The notes: generated from the sequence alone by a model not told the origin. A DNA stretch of 32,000 nucleotides from Bacillus subtilis subsp. subtilis str. 168 (GCF_000009045.1 NC_000964.3:2550001-2582000); one strand, 5' to 3'. Positions 7,983 to 17,359 are shown, numbered from the stretch's first letter. Translations and numbers: made by a program.

Positions 7983-9020
7983 TCACATTTGATTCATCAT
8001 CTGATACATAGGCACAAGCATAGATAAATACACAAGTAAGATCATCGCTGCAACAAATCCATAAATCATTGGCTGAAGGATGCCTGTCCATTTTTGCGCT
8101 TTGTGTTCCAGCCGCTGTAATATGAATTGGCTGTATGTGAAAAGCTCCCGATCCAATCGGCCGCTCAGCTGGCCGTGAGATATGACTTTTGATAAATCAG
8201 TTTCATAAAAAAGGCTTCCACAAATAGCGGATTCAATTGACTCACCGGCTTTTAGCCGTTCAATCAATTGTTCAGCCTCGCAGCGGTAGAAAGGGAGAAA
8301 CGTTTGATGTTTAAATGCATTAAGGCTGTCATAAATTGAGAGGCCTGATTTTAAAAGGCTGCTTAGCTGCAAAGAAAAAAAGTAGCTGTTAAACAGCTTT
8401 ACAAGCTTTCCAACCAAAGGAATCCTGATACAAATCAGCATTTGCCGGGCAGGTGATTTTTTCTTAAACACAAGCCAATAATAAATCCCGATACCTGCTG
8501 TAAAAAGAACAAGCAAAATGATCACAAGATCAATATGCTGAAAAAAAGCAAAAAGCATATCGGTTGAACGTGAGGTTTCCATATTCATCGATTGATAGAT
8601 ACCGGAAAACTGAGGAATGATGATGGACTGTAACATATAAAACATGACAGCGACCGTAAAGATGAGGAAAAGCGGATAGCGCAGCACTCTTTTCAGCTGG
8701 TCTGCCTGTGCAATTTTTCGTTCCAGCAGCTCTCCGCTCTGGATCATTGAAGCAGGCAGTTCACCATGTGTTTCAGCAAAATAACAAATACCTACGGCTT
8801 CCTTATGAAATGACAAACTCTTTAGTACTTGATAAAACGGAGCCCCTTCCCTCAAACAAGTGACCGAATCAGTCAAGTCAGCCGCCTGCCTCTTATTCAT
8901 CTGAAGTTCCATCAGGCGTAATCCATCCAGAAGTGTATATCCGCCCGCAGTCATTTCACCGAGCCTCTTTAATAACCTGGCTTGATCCTTTAACAACCAG
9001 ACTTTTCTAATCTTTTTCAT
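7983..9020 (-). CDS. comGB: ComGB, type II secretion/pilus inner-membrane platform protein (GspF family); exact start uncertain
   Basis: GspF-type protein between comGC and comGA. SD GGTGGG precedes ATG (MKKIRKVW) at 9020; the ORF track starts at 9038. Confidence 0.92.
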   Translation of the reverse strand: MKKIRKVWLLKDQARLLKRLGEMTAGGYTLLDGLRLMELQMNKRQAADLTDSVTCLREGAPFYQVLKSLSFHKEAVGICYFAETHGELPASMIQSGELLERKIAQADQLKRVLRYPLFLIFTVAVMFYMLQSIIIPQFSGIYQSMNMETSRSTDMLFAFFQHIDLVIILLVLFTAGIGIYYWLVFKKKSPARQMLICIRIPLVGKLVKLFNSYFFSLQLSSLLKSGLSIYDSLNAFKHQTFLPFYRCEAEQLIERLKAGESIESAICGSLFYETDLSKVISHGQLSGRLDRELFTYSQFILQRLEHKAQKWTGILQPMIYGFVAAMILLVYLSMLVPMYQMMNQM

Positions 9021-10077
9021 GATAAACCCACCGGTCATAGTTGTTTGTCGTTAAATAGCCGAGCGCAATTCCTTTTCTGATAATTTGACGAAGCGTTTGA
9101 TATTGGTAATTTGCATGATTTCCTTTTGCCTCCTGGATACATTGCTGAAGATTTTTCCCGTATAGAAGCTCATAAACGCTAGCTCTCCTAGTATTTCGTG
9201 ACTGTCGGCAATACACTGATGAACATCCGTTTTCACAAAACGGGCAAGCCAAATCAACCAAGCGCTGAGCCGCTATTGCAATGACAGTCTGTTCGATTTC
9301 ATTCATATTGATACCGAATTCAAGCAGTCTGTAAATTGCGCCCTTTGCGTCTCTCGTATGAAGGCTCGTTAGTACCAGATGTCCCGTCATCGCTGCCCGC
9401 ACCGCAATTTCAGCTGTTTCCGCGTCTCTGATCTCACCTAAAATAATCATATCGGGGTCATGGCGCAAAATTGCTTTCAGACCTGCGGAATAAGTTACAC
9501 CGGCTTTTTCATTCACCTGAACCTGAAGAACATCTTCGTCCCTTGTTTCAACAGGGTCCTCTAATGTGACAATATTTCGATTAAAGTGTTTTTTTGCATA
9601 TTGAACGAGAGAGTATAATGTGGTAGTCTTCCCTGAACCAGTCGGCCCGGTAAAAATGAGCATGCCATGGGAATGTTTTAAAAACGAGAGTAATGTGGCT
9701 CCTGTCTTCGGAAATAGCGACAATTTATCAATCGAAGGGATATTGTATTGGGGCATCACTCTGATCACGAGGCTTTCTTCATTAATTGTGGGCAGCGTTG
9801 ACATTCTTAAATGAACATTTCCCTCTTTCAACTTTAACGTAAGCGAACCGTTTTGCGGCTTTCGCCTTTCACCTATATCCATTGCTGAAAGAAATTTAAA
9901 ATGTGAAATCAGTCTTACGCACTCTTCTTTTTTCATGTCCCTTTTTTTCAGCAAGGCATGATCGACCCGAAAATGAATGATAGCGTCCCGCTCCCTCGGC
10001 ACAATGTGAATATCAGAAGCCTTTGTTAGATATGCCTCTTCAATCAAGTTTTTGCTTACCTTTTCTATTGAATCCAA
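9007..10077 (-). CDS. comGA: ComGA, traffic/pilus assembly ATPase (TTG start, 356 aa)
   Basis: Walker A GPTGSGKTTTLYSLV, Walker B-type DPDMIILGEIRDAETAEIA; TTG start with GGAGAGG SD. Confidence 0.96.
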   Translation of the reverse strand: MDSIEKVSKNLIEEAYLTKASDIHIVPRERDAIIHFRVDHALLKKRDMKKEECVRLISHFKFLSAMDIGERRKPQNGSLTLKLKEGNVHLRMSTLPTINEESLVIRVMPQYNIPSIDKLSLFPKTGATLLSFLKHSHGMLIFTGPTGSGKTTTLYSLVQYAKKHFNRNIVTLEDPVETRDEDVLQVQVNEKAGVTYSAGLKAILRHDPDMIILGEIRDAETAEIAVRAAMTGHLVLTSLHTRDAKGAIYRLLEFGINMNEIEQTVIAIAAQRLVDLACPFCENGCSSVYCRQSRNTRRASVYELLYGKNLQQCIQEAKGNHANYQYQTLRQIIRKGIALGYLTTNNYDRWVYHEKD

Positions 10078-10158
10078 TTTGATTCCCTCTCCTTTCAACG
10101 CATATTGTAGAAAAAGAAGAAAAGGTAATCAAACAGGGAAAACGTGATTTTGTGAGAT

Positions 10159-10206
10159 GTTATATGCTGAAAAACCAATTCTTTCTGGCAAGAAAAAAGA
10201 CTTTCA
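10159..10206 (-). promoter_or_regulatory. Candidate ComK box pair plus -10 (TATAAC) for the comG operon
   Basis: Minus strand GAAAGTCTTTTTT, 8-nt spacer, AAAGAATTGGTTT, close to the AAAAN5TTTT-N8-AAAAN5TTTT K-box architecture; TATAAC downstream. Confidence 0.65.
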
Positions 10207-10242
10207 ACTGAATGTACCCCTGTCATTATAATTTTCCCTATA

Positions 10243-10275
10243 AATAAAAAAGCAGACATGGTCACCATGCCTGCT
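10243..10275 (-). terminator. Intrinsic terminator on the minus strand downstream of the CBS remnant/corA
   Basis: Minus strand AGCAGGCATGGTGACCATGTCTGCT followed by TTTTTTATTTA. Confidence 0.85.
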
Positions 10276-10294
10276 AGATTCCATTTTCATTATG

Positions 10295-10430
10295 CTGTTT
10301 TCGCTTATTGACCAGTATCTTTCTCAACGGAAAGATCGCCTAATGCAACAATACCGGTCATTTGGTCATTTTCAAGAATCGATAAACTGCGGATTTAATG
10401 CTCTGTCATAAGCCCCTTGACATCGTATCC
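10295..10430 (-). pseudogene. Short degenerate CBS-domain gene remnant
   Basis: Minus-strand translation YDVKGLMTEH*IRSLSILENDQMTGIVALGDLSVEKDTGQ*, resembling the C-terminal end of a CBS pair (RRLPVVEN..LVGIVSLGDLAV) with an in-frame stop and no start. Edges approximate. Confidence 0.6.
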
Positions 10431-10488
10431 GGTCACCCTGATATGTCTGGTGAAAAAGCGGGGCACGCTGCACAAAATATGAAACATC

Positions 10489-11442
10489 CTATAGAGTCCG
10501 CCTTTTTCGAGGTTTCTTTTTCTTCTTCCGCTCCTGCAGCATATCTCCCGTCCAGCCTTTTTTTCTCAAATAGAGATAGATCAGAACTGTAGATGTGACA
10601 ATCAATAAGAGGGAAAAGAGATATCCGTATTTCCAATTCAGTTCCGGCATCACTGAAAAGTTCATCCCCCATAAGGCACCCAGAGCTGTAATCGGAGTAA
10701 AAAGCGTCGTGAAAATGGTCAGCGCTTTTACAATTTCATTCCCCCTATGTGAGGTAATGACTTCCTCTGAATGCAGCAGATTGTTAAGCTCCCCTTCAAA
10801 TTCGCTGATGTATGTAAATCCCCTGTCAATCTTCAGTTGTGTCCGCTGATAATCCTTTTTCCCTTCATTTTGAGGTAAAAAGGTTTCTTTCAACGCCATT
10901 TCAATTTTTTTAGCGCTTAATATCAAATTTTTCCAAATCATCAGTTCATGGCGCAGGAGATGGACGCGGTTTAAAATGCTTTTGCTATTGTCGTCTTTAA
11001 TTTGCCATCTGAGCTTTCTCAGCTTGACTTCAAATTCATCAACACCGATTAAATACGCATTCATTAGTTCGCCGAGAAGAATTAAAAACCCCTCTATCGC
11101 ATTGTCCGCTCTTTCCATTTGCCGAACAACTTCTTTGCCTTTAATCTCTCTCAAAATTGAAAAGTCAAAGTTGATTGTAAAAAAATATTGTCTGGTGATA
11201 TAAAAGTGAAAAACAGTATGGTCTTTTTCTTCACCAAGCCCCTGATCATAAACAATCGACCCAAATACTGCTTCATTTTCCGTTTCAGTTGTATCTACTC
11301 GCAAAAAATTAACGTGATGGTTATTTTCAAACCACTTTTCACACTGAGGCCAGTGAGAAAAATGGATTAGATCTCTTGCCTTACTTCTTTCTTGAGGCCC
11401 CATTTGGTACCAAAACCAATCCTTTCCCGTATGTGCCTTCAT
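10489..11442 (-). CDS. corA: CorA-family divalent cation (Mg2+) transporter
   Basis: 317 aa from ATG 11442 (SD GGAG); C-terminal ALWGMNFSVMPELNWKYGY contains the GMN signature between two TM helices. Confidence 0.93.
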   Translation of the reverse strand: MKAHTGKDWFWYQMGPQERSKARDLIHFSHWPQCEKWFENNHHVNFLRVDTTETENEAVFGSIVYDQGLGEEKDHTVFHFYITRQYFFTINFDFSILREIKGKEVVRQMERADNAIEGFLILLGELMNAYLIGVDEFEVKLRKLRWQIKDDNSKSILNRVHLLRHELMIWKNLILSAKKIEMALKETFLPQNEGKKDYQRTQLKIDRGFTYISEFEGELNNLLHSEEVITSHRGNEIVKALTIFTTLFTPITALGALWGMNFSVMPELNWKYGYLFSLLLIVTSTVLIYLYLRKKGWTGDMLQERKKKKKPRKRRTL

Positions 11443-11584
11443 GTCAAGCTCCTCCAAACTTTTGTTCTTTATTCTTTAATTGCCCAATAACCGCGTCACT
11501 AAACCAGTCTGCCGCTTCAACACATGTTTTATGAGCATTTTCAGGTGGTATGGAATGTAGAAAGACATCGGAAAAGGGAGGTGC

Positions 11585-12913
11585 ATGCCTTCCTTGGAGA
11601 AGGCAGTTGTTTTGGAATTTATCAATTTACTAGCAGTCGCTATTCTCATTTTGTTAACAGGATTTTTCGTTGCCGTAGAATTTTCAATCGTAAAAGTGCG
11701 GCGATCCAAAATTGATCAGCTTGTCGCAAAAGGAAAGAAAGGTGCTAAAGCGGCAAAGCATGTCATCACTCACCTTGATGAATATTTATCAGCCTGTCAG
11801 CTGGGCATCACAGTCGCAGCTTTAGGACTGGGATGGCTTGGGGAACCGACTGTGCAAACTCTGCTTCGACCGCTTTTTCATAAAGCAGGCTTAAATGAAT
11901 CGCTTACCCACCTGCTTTCACTCGTCATCGCATTTTTAGTGGTTACGTATTTAAATGTCGTTATTGGGGAGCTGGCGCCAAAGAGTTTCGCCATTCAAAA
12001 AGCAGAAAGCATTACCTTGTTGTTCGCTAAACCGCTTATTTGGTTTTATAAGATCATGTTTCCATTCATTTGGCTGTTGAACCACTCTGCCCGATTGATT
12101 ACAGGAGTGTTTGGGCTGAAGCCGGCATCAGAGCATGAGCTGGCTTATACAGAGGAAGAACTTCGGGTCCTATTGGCTGAAAGCTATAAAAGCGGCGAGA
12201 TCAGAAAAAGTGAATTAAAGTACATGAATAATATCTTCACCTTTGATAAACGAATGGCAAAGGAAATTATGGTGCCGCGAAATGAAATGGTTAGTTTGTC
12301 ACTAGATGAAGACTCCATTTCAAATCTTCAGGAAACAGTCAAGCAAACAAAATATACACGGTACCCGGTTGTAAGAGAGGATAAAGATAACGTCATTGGC
12401 GTGATTAATATGAAAGAAGTGCTGTTTTCCATGCTGACGAAAGATTTTTCAATCAAGAAGCATCAAATTGAACCTTTCGTACAGCCCGTTATCCATGTAA
12501 TTGAGACGATTCCTATTTATAAACTATTGCTGAAAATGCAAAAGGAACGCACTCATATGGCGATCCTCATAGATGAATATGGCGGGACGTCCGGTTTGGT
12601 CACTGTCGAGGATATTATCGAAGAAATTGTAGGAGAAATCCGTGATGAATTTGATGCGGATGAAGTGCCTCATATCCGCGAACTTGGAAAGGATCATTAC
12701 TTGTTAAATGCAAAATTATTAATCAGCGATGTTAACAGCCTGCTTGGAACCGATTTATCAGAGGCTGAAGTAGACACCTTGGGCGGCTGGTTTTTGACAC
12801 AAAACATAGACGCTGAGCCTGAAAGTGCCATAGAATATGATGGCTACTCTTTTAAGGTAAAAGACATCAACAGCCATCACATTTTATTTATAGAAGTTAA
12901 AAAAGCTGAATAG
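11585..12913 (+). CDS. yqhB: CNNM/CorC-HlyC family membrane protein with CBS domains
   Basis: 442-aa ORF, N-terminal DUF21 TM domain, CBS pair ([10 protein letters not shown]...YTRYPVV...GVINMKEVL), C-terminal CorC_HlyC domain; SD GGGAGG. Confidence 0.93.
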
Positions 12914-12965
12914 CCCGTGAAAGGCTGTTCAGCTGCTATCTTTCAAGATAAACATGGCAAAGGCA

Positions 12966-13802
12966 TCAACACTCTTTTATTTTAAACCCTTTATTGGCCA
13001 GGGCTTTAGCAAGACTTTGCTCTGTTTTCACATTCGAAAAATCCAGACCCAGCTTCACGACAGTTTGGGCAATTTCCGGCCTGATTCCTGAAATAATAGT
13101 CTCAATGCCGAGCAATTTGGTGCTGTCAATCACTTTAAAAATTTGATAGGCTACCATGGTATCAACGATAGGAACGCCCGAAATATCTAAAAATAAATAC
13201 GAGAGCTTTAACGCTGAGCACTGCTCCAGCACAGACTCCAAAATCGTCCTCGCTCTGTGCGTATCAATTTCACCGACAAGCGGAAGAATCCCAATTCCAT
13301 CAGTAATCGGCATAATCGGCGCACTCAATTCATTAATCATTTCTTTTTGCGCGTTTAATTGTATCATGGTCACCTGGTGATATTCTTCCGTAAACACTTC
13401 GATGATCTCATCAATGTTTTGATTCAAGATCCGGCTCCACTCATAAAATTCCTGAATGCTGATGTCTTGAGAAGAAGCTTCGCTGAATTTATGAATCCAT
13501 TCAAACATGATGTGCCTGAAAGTGTTAAACTGGCCGACACTTTGTGTAACCGTCACTTCATGAACGGCACGGTCTCTGGCGCATTGAAGAGACCACCGGT
13601 TGAGCTCATCCTCTACGTCTTCTTTTCTAAGGGATTTTGCTACGATGGTCACCAATAATTCATGCTGGTCTTTTAACTTTTGTTCTAGTTTTTGCTGATC
13701 TTTCGCTGAATACAGCCAGCTGCCGTTTGACGTACAAACTTCCAGCCATTGTTGCGTAATATCTTTTTTGTGCTCTGTTAAGTGCTGATCAAGAGCTATC
13801 AT
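12966..13802 (-). CDS. rsbRD: RsbRD, RsbR-family stressosome component with C-terminal STAS domain
   Basis: 278 aa; C-terminal half PIMPITDGIGILPLVGEIDTHRARTILESVLEQ...YLFLDISGVPIVDTMVAYQIFK is typical of RsbR paralogues. Confidence 0.93.
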   Translation of the reverse strand: MIALDQHLTEHKKDITQQWLEVCTSNGSWLYSAKDQQKLEQKLKDQHELLVTIVAKSLRKEDVEDELNRWSLQCARDRAVHEVTVTQSVGQFNTFRHIMFEWIHKFSEASSQDISIQEFYEWSRILNQNIDEIIEVFTEEYHQVTMIQLNAQKEMINELSAPIMPITDGIGILPLVGEIDTHRARTILESVLEQCSALKLSYLFLDISGVPIVDTMVAYQIFKVIDSTKLLGIETIISGIRPEIAQTVVKLGLDFSNVKTEQSLAKALANKGFKIKEC

Positions 13803-13888
13803 CTTAATGAGTTACCTCCTGTTTTTGAAAAATGTACGCTATATATGTATAACGCGTCTGCCTTTACACATACTATGTTTAGATTCAA

Positions 13889-13959
13889 TGGGCTATAGCC
13901 AAGCGGTAAGGCAATGGACTTTGACTCCGTGATCGTTGGTTCGAATCCAGCTAGCCCAG
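13889..13959 (+). tRNA. tRNA-Gln (anticodon TTG)
   Basis: Cloverleaf: acceptor TGGGCTA / TAGCCCA, D arm AGCCAAGCGGTAAGGCA, anticodon loop CTTTGAC, T arm GTTGGTTCGAATCCAGC, discriminator G. CCA not encoded. Confidence 0.96.
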
Positions 13960-13973
13960 TTTCTGAACAGGTG

Positions 13974-14023
13974 AAAAACCGAAGATAAGCTGATTCGTAT
14001 AAATCAGCGGATCTTCGGTTTTT
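13974..14023. terminator. Bidirectional intrinsic terminator between tRNA-Gln and convergent mgsR
   Basis: AAAAACCGAAGAT...AAGCTGAT-tcgtata-AATCAGC...ATCTTCGGTTTTT; U-tracts on both strands. Confidence 0.92.
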
Positions 14024-14025
14024 CA

Positions 14026-14406
14026 TCATGCAGATTGATGAACCGTTTTCTTCTTCGATAACTTCAACAGTTCTCCCGGGTTATAACCAATCACCAGCTT
14101 TTTGTTGTCTACTAGAATCGGGCGTCGCAAAAGCTTCGGCTTCTCGATTAAAAGTTCCAGCACCTCATTTACCGTCATTTCTTCAATGTTTAAATTTAAA
14201 TTTTTGAAAGTCTGGCTTCTTGTCGCCAAAATTTCATCAATTCCTTCTGTCGTTAACGATAAAATGTACTTTAATTCTTCTCTTGTCGGGGTTTCTCTGA
14301 ATAAGTGCCGTTCGTTAAATTCAATTTGATGTGCTTTAAGCCAATGTTTTGTTTTTCGGCATGACGTGCAGCTTGGATATGAGTAAAAAGTTAATTGTTG
14401 TTCCAT
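14026..14406 (-). CDS. mgsR: MgsR, Spx/ArsC-family stress regulator
   Basis: 126-aa MEQQLTFYSYPSCTSCRKTKHWLKAHQIEFNERHLFRETPTREEL; CxxC and Spx-family fold; SD GAGGAGG. Confidence 0.95.
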   Translation of the reverse strand: MEQQLTFYSYPSCTSCRKTKHWLKAHQIEFNERHLFRETPTREELKYILSLTTEGIDEILATRSQTFKNLNLNIEEMTVNEVLELLIEKPKLLRRPILVDNKKLVIGYNPGELLKLSKKKTVHQSA

Positions 14407-14447
14407 TCGTTTTTTCCTCCTCAGTTAACCATCTCTTTGTAGAATAA

Positions 14448-14473
14448 CTACCCGGATCATTTTTCATTTAAAC
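14448..14473 (-). promoter_or_regulatory. Candidate sigma-B promoter of mgsR
   Basis: Minus strand GTTTAA-N14-GGGTAG, close to the sigma-B consensus GTTTAA-N12-15-GGGWAW; mgsR is known to be SigB dependent. Confidence 0.8.
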
Positions 14474-14637
14474 CATTTACAGAACTTTTTTCGGATTATT
14501 TTTTAAAAAACATTCATACAATAGAAAACACAATCAAAGGGACAAATTCCATTTGTATATTAATAATGAAAATGTTTACATTTCTAGGTGTGATCTATTA
14601 TAATAACAGTCAGAGGGACTCTCGGGAGGGGATAAAA

Positions 14638-14883
14638 ATGAATCGCATGTTCCGGGTGTTAGGATTTTGGACGGGAATTTTTGCAGTCATGTTTTATTTA
14701 GGTGATATGAAAGATGCTTCCCTTTTATTTTTTGGACAGACGATCTTATTTGTGTTTCTATCGTATTTGAACTTAACCGAACGCATGTATATTTATATTT
14801 TTGGCGCTTATTTAACAATTTTCTTCGCCGGCTTTACATATTACTCAATTTTTATTATGGTGCCCGGCGGCGGAGGCCATTAA
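14638..14883 (+). CDS. yqgY: Small membrane protein YqgY (81 aa)
   Basis: MNRMFRVLGFWTGIFAVMFYLGDMK..., two to three TM segments, SD CGGGAGGGG. The ORF-track start at 14566 is upstream of the real SD. Confidence 0.88.
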   Translation: MNRMFRVLGFWTGIFAVMFYLGDMKDASLLFFGQTILFVFLSYLNLTERMYIYIFGAYLTIFFAGFTYYSIFIMVPGGGGH

Positions 14884-14890
14884 ATGCAGA

Positions 14891-14924
14891 AAGAGACAAA
14901 CCTTATCGGTTTGTCTCTTTTTTT
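14891..14924 (+). terminator. Intrinsic terminator of yqgY
   Basis: AAGAGACAAACCTTATCGGTTTGTCTCTTTTTTT. Confidence 0.92.
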
Positions 14925-15558
14925 ACAATGAAAACCCATTTAAAAACGGATTTTGATCCTGCTCAGTCAGTACGTCTGTTTCAGGTCCATGGCCGCTTAA
15001 CACCAGCGTGTGTTCCGGAAGCGTAAGCAGTTTTTCATGAATGGACGTCAGCAGCGTCTCTTGATTGCCGCCTATTAAATCCGTACGTCCTATACCGCCT
15101 TGGAACAAGACATCTCCGGAAATGACCAAGTCTGCATCTTTCACGTAGTAAGACACACTGCCTGGTGAATGTCCCGGCGTAAATAATGTTTCCAAATGAA
15201 ACGGCCCGATATTCAACTCACCGTCGCCTTCAATTAGATGATCTGCAGGCTTAGCTGTGACTTCTATCCCTCGCAGCATGCCGGAGCCGTTTAAAGAAGC
15301 GTCCGCAAGCCAATTTTTTTCATTTTGATGCAGGTAAACAGGGATATCCCATTTTTCTCTCACTTCATCAAGCGCCCCAATATGGTCAAAATGGGCATGT
15401 GTAAGCAAAATGGCTAAAGGCGTCAGCCCTTTTTCTTTTATGTATTGATTGATTTTATGTCCCTCGCCGCCCGGATCAAAAATCAGACATTGATCATCAC
15501 TGATGAGAAAATATGCGTTCGCTTGAATCGGCCCTACTGGCATTCGTCTCCATTTCAC
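14923..15558 (-). CDS. yqgX: Metallo-beta-lactamase fold hydrolase, glyoxalase II-like (GTG start, 211 aa)
   Basis: THAHFDHIG motif, LFTPGHSPGSVSYY; start GTG at 15558 with SD AAAGAGGTG rather than the ORF-track start at 15696. Confidence 0.9.
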   Translation of the reverse strand: MKWRRMPVGPIQANAYFLISDDQCLIFDPGGEGHKINQYIKEKGLTPLAILLTHAHFDHIGALDEVREKWDIPVYLHQNEKNWLADASLNGSGMLRGIEVTAKPADHLIEGDGELNIGPFHLETLFTPGHSPGSVSYYVKDADLVISGDVLFQGGIGRTDLIGGNQETLLTSIHEKLLTLPEHTLVLSGHGPETDVLTEQDQNPFLNGFSL

Positions 15559-15714
15559 TATTATCACCTCTTTCTTTTTTATGCTCTTATTATGAGGGTT
15601 TTTGAAAAAAGATTCAAACAATCGCAATGAAAACGCTATCGACAAACCTATAAAAAACAGGTAGAATAAAACTGGAAAGAATTGCAGGTTTTTCAATGTA
15701 AAGGGGGCTGTGTT

Positions 15715-15888
15715 ATGTTACTTGTCGTGATTTTCGGCCTTGTCGCTCTTTTCGCTTTATGGGGAGTCTTGCGTTCTGTTAGAAATAAAAATATACTCGG
15801 GTTTTTATTAGCCGGTGCCACCTTATTTGTCTTTGGATGGTTTACCGTGATGACCGTAATAAACAGCGGGTATCCAACCGCACATTAA
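15715..15888 (+). CDS. yqgW: Small membrane protein YqgW (57 aa)
   Basis: MLLVVIFGLVALFALWGVLRSVRNKNILGFLLAGATLFVFGWFTVMTVINSGYPTAH; SD AAAGGGGG. Confidence 0.82.
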   Translation: MLLVVIFGLVALFALWGVLRSVRNKNILGFLLAGATLFVFGWFTVMTVINSGYPTAH

Positions 15889-15920
15889 AACCTGTATCCG
15901 ATCGGATACAGGTTTATTTT
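15888..15920 (+). terminator. Intrinsic terminator between convergent yqgW and yqgV
   Basis: AAAACCTGTATCCG/ATCGGATACAGGTTT, near-perfect palindrome, then TATTTTT. Confidence 0.8.
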
Positions 15921-16234
15921 TATGGCTGTAAATGTTTATTGACACTTTCTATTTTGCTCTCAAGCGTCGTTTTTTTGTCACGCCTGTCATCGATACGGAT
16001 ATTCGTTGCCACTCTGTGCAATCCTTTTTGAAATGGCGCTTCGTGAATTGCCTGAATAACTGCAAAAAGGTCACTGAGTTCTCCCTCGATCAGCGTATTC
16101 ATCGGTGTCAGCTGATATTTGATTTTCCCTTCTGCTTGATATCCTTCTAATATCTTTTGCACATCGGCTACGTAAGCACTGACACTGGGTGTTTCCGTAC
16201 CGATTGGGATAATGGTTACATCTGCGATAGCCAT
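15920..16234 (-). CDS. yqgV: MTH1187/YkoF-type thiamine-binding-like protein
   Basis: 104-aa MAIADVTIIPIGTETPSVSAYVADVQKILEGYQAEGKIKYQLTPMNTLIEGEL. Confidence 0.9.
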   Translation of the reverse strand: MAIADVTIIPIGTETPSVSAYVADVQKILEGYQAEGKIKYQLTPMNTLIEGELSDLFAVIQAIHEAPFQKGLHRVATNIRIDDRRDKKTTLESKIESVNKHLQP

Positions 16235-16236
16235 CG

Positions 16237-17292
16237 TTATTCCATCTCCTTTTGATCAATGATGAGTTGCTTCGTTTCATGTGATTTCAATAAAATAATT
16301 TGCTCAAAATGAAAGCCGTATAACGCATATTTCCCGTTCGGAGATATTTGAATCGGCTCCATTTCCCGCAGAGACACAAGATCTTTTGTCTCTCCCGATG
16401 CTACATTGATTGCTGCGAGCTTATATGCATCGCCGCTTTGTTTGAATGTATAAAACAGGCCTCCTGCTTCATCATAGTCATACTCCATTGGAGCCAAACT
16501 TGTATATTTCGCTTGGAGCGGCCATTTCGCTGTAACAGGTGATGTTGATTGCGGCGTTTTAAACTGATACGTCCCTTTTCCTCCGGAAGCTGATTTGACA
16601 GTAAAACTCATTTGATGGAAAGAATCGAAGAATAGAACGTTATCCTCAAGCTTCTGTTCCGTCTTAGAAGCTGTATCGAACGTATATAAAGGCCCTGTTT
16701 TATCGTCTCTACCCTCTTTTACATAATCAAATGTATTTTTGGATGTCCAATGAATGAACGGAACCTGTACTGGGCTTAAGAAAGATTCGTCTTTTTTAGC
16801 ATTCACCTGATATGTATGGAAATCCCAGTTTTCATTGAATTCCGTCACCATCATTTGATAAGGATCATACTGATTCCAAGCAGCTTCAAGCTCATACGTT
16901 TCGTAATCTTTTTCGTAAAGCGTCTCTCCTTCTGCATTAAGCAAAACCACTGCCGTCTTTTGGCTATGTGTGATTTGCAGCAGAATCATCTGCTCCCTCG
17001 CATTGATTTGAACATCAACGATTTGACCATCCGTTTGATAGAGCTTTTTCGCTTTGCCTGTAAAGATGCGGTACGCAAAAAGCTCTGTTTTCGTCGGATT
17101 AGACGCAGTATATAATATTGTGCTGTTATTCAGCCAGCCTTCCGCCCCATCCGCTTTTTCCGCGGAAAGCGGTATGATGTCTTTTTTCTCATCTTTTGCC
17201 GCCGATGCCTGTTTTTGCTGCTGATGAGATGGTTCGCATGCCGATAAACTAAACAGCAATACCGCCAGCAGAATAAAACAAACTGATCTCAT
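16237..17292 (-). CDS. yqgU: Lipoprotein YqgU, putative beta-propeller-like fold
   Basis: 351 aa from second ATG (MRSVCFILLAVLLFSLSACEPS, lipobox LSAC); SD GGAGGGG spaced correctly for 17292, not 17298. Confidence 0.9.
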   Translation of the reverse strand: MRSVCFILLAVLLFSLSACEPSHQQQKQASAAKDEKKDIIPLSAEKADGAEGWLNNSTILYTASNPTKTELFAYRIFTGKAKKLYQTDGQIVDVQINAREQMILLQITHSQKTAVVLLNAEGETLYEKDYETYELEAAWNQYDPYQMMVTEFNENWDFHTYQVNAKKDESFLSPVQVPFIHWTSKNTFDYVKEGRDDKTGPLYTFDTASKTEQKLEDNVLFFDSFHQMSFTVKSASGGKGTYQFKTPQSTSPVTAKWPLQAKYTSLAPMEYDYDEAGGLFYTFKQSGDAYKLAAINVASGETKDLVSLREMEPIQISPNGKYALYGFHFEQIILLKSHETKQLIIDQKEME

Positions 17293-17359
17293 CAGCATTC
17301 CCCTCCGATCATCTTTATTCTCTCATATTTGCTTCGGCAGAAAAAAGAAAAAGTTTCAG

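Noticed and set aside
10398-10672. ORFs 10398..10592 (+) and 10433..10672 (-) around the corA 3' end
   Set aside because: Shadow frames of corA and the CBS remnant; neither has an SD or a recognisable domain.
13799-14029. 76-aa minus-strand ORF running through the tRNA-Gln gene
   Set aside because: Its codons are the antisense of the tRNA and terminator, with no Shine-Dalgarno. Spurious.
15559-15696. 46-codon N-terminal extension of yqgX
   Set aside because: GTG 15558 has a strong SD and begins the conserved metallo-hydrolase sequence; the extension would be a TM segment encoded in the divergent promoter region.
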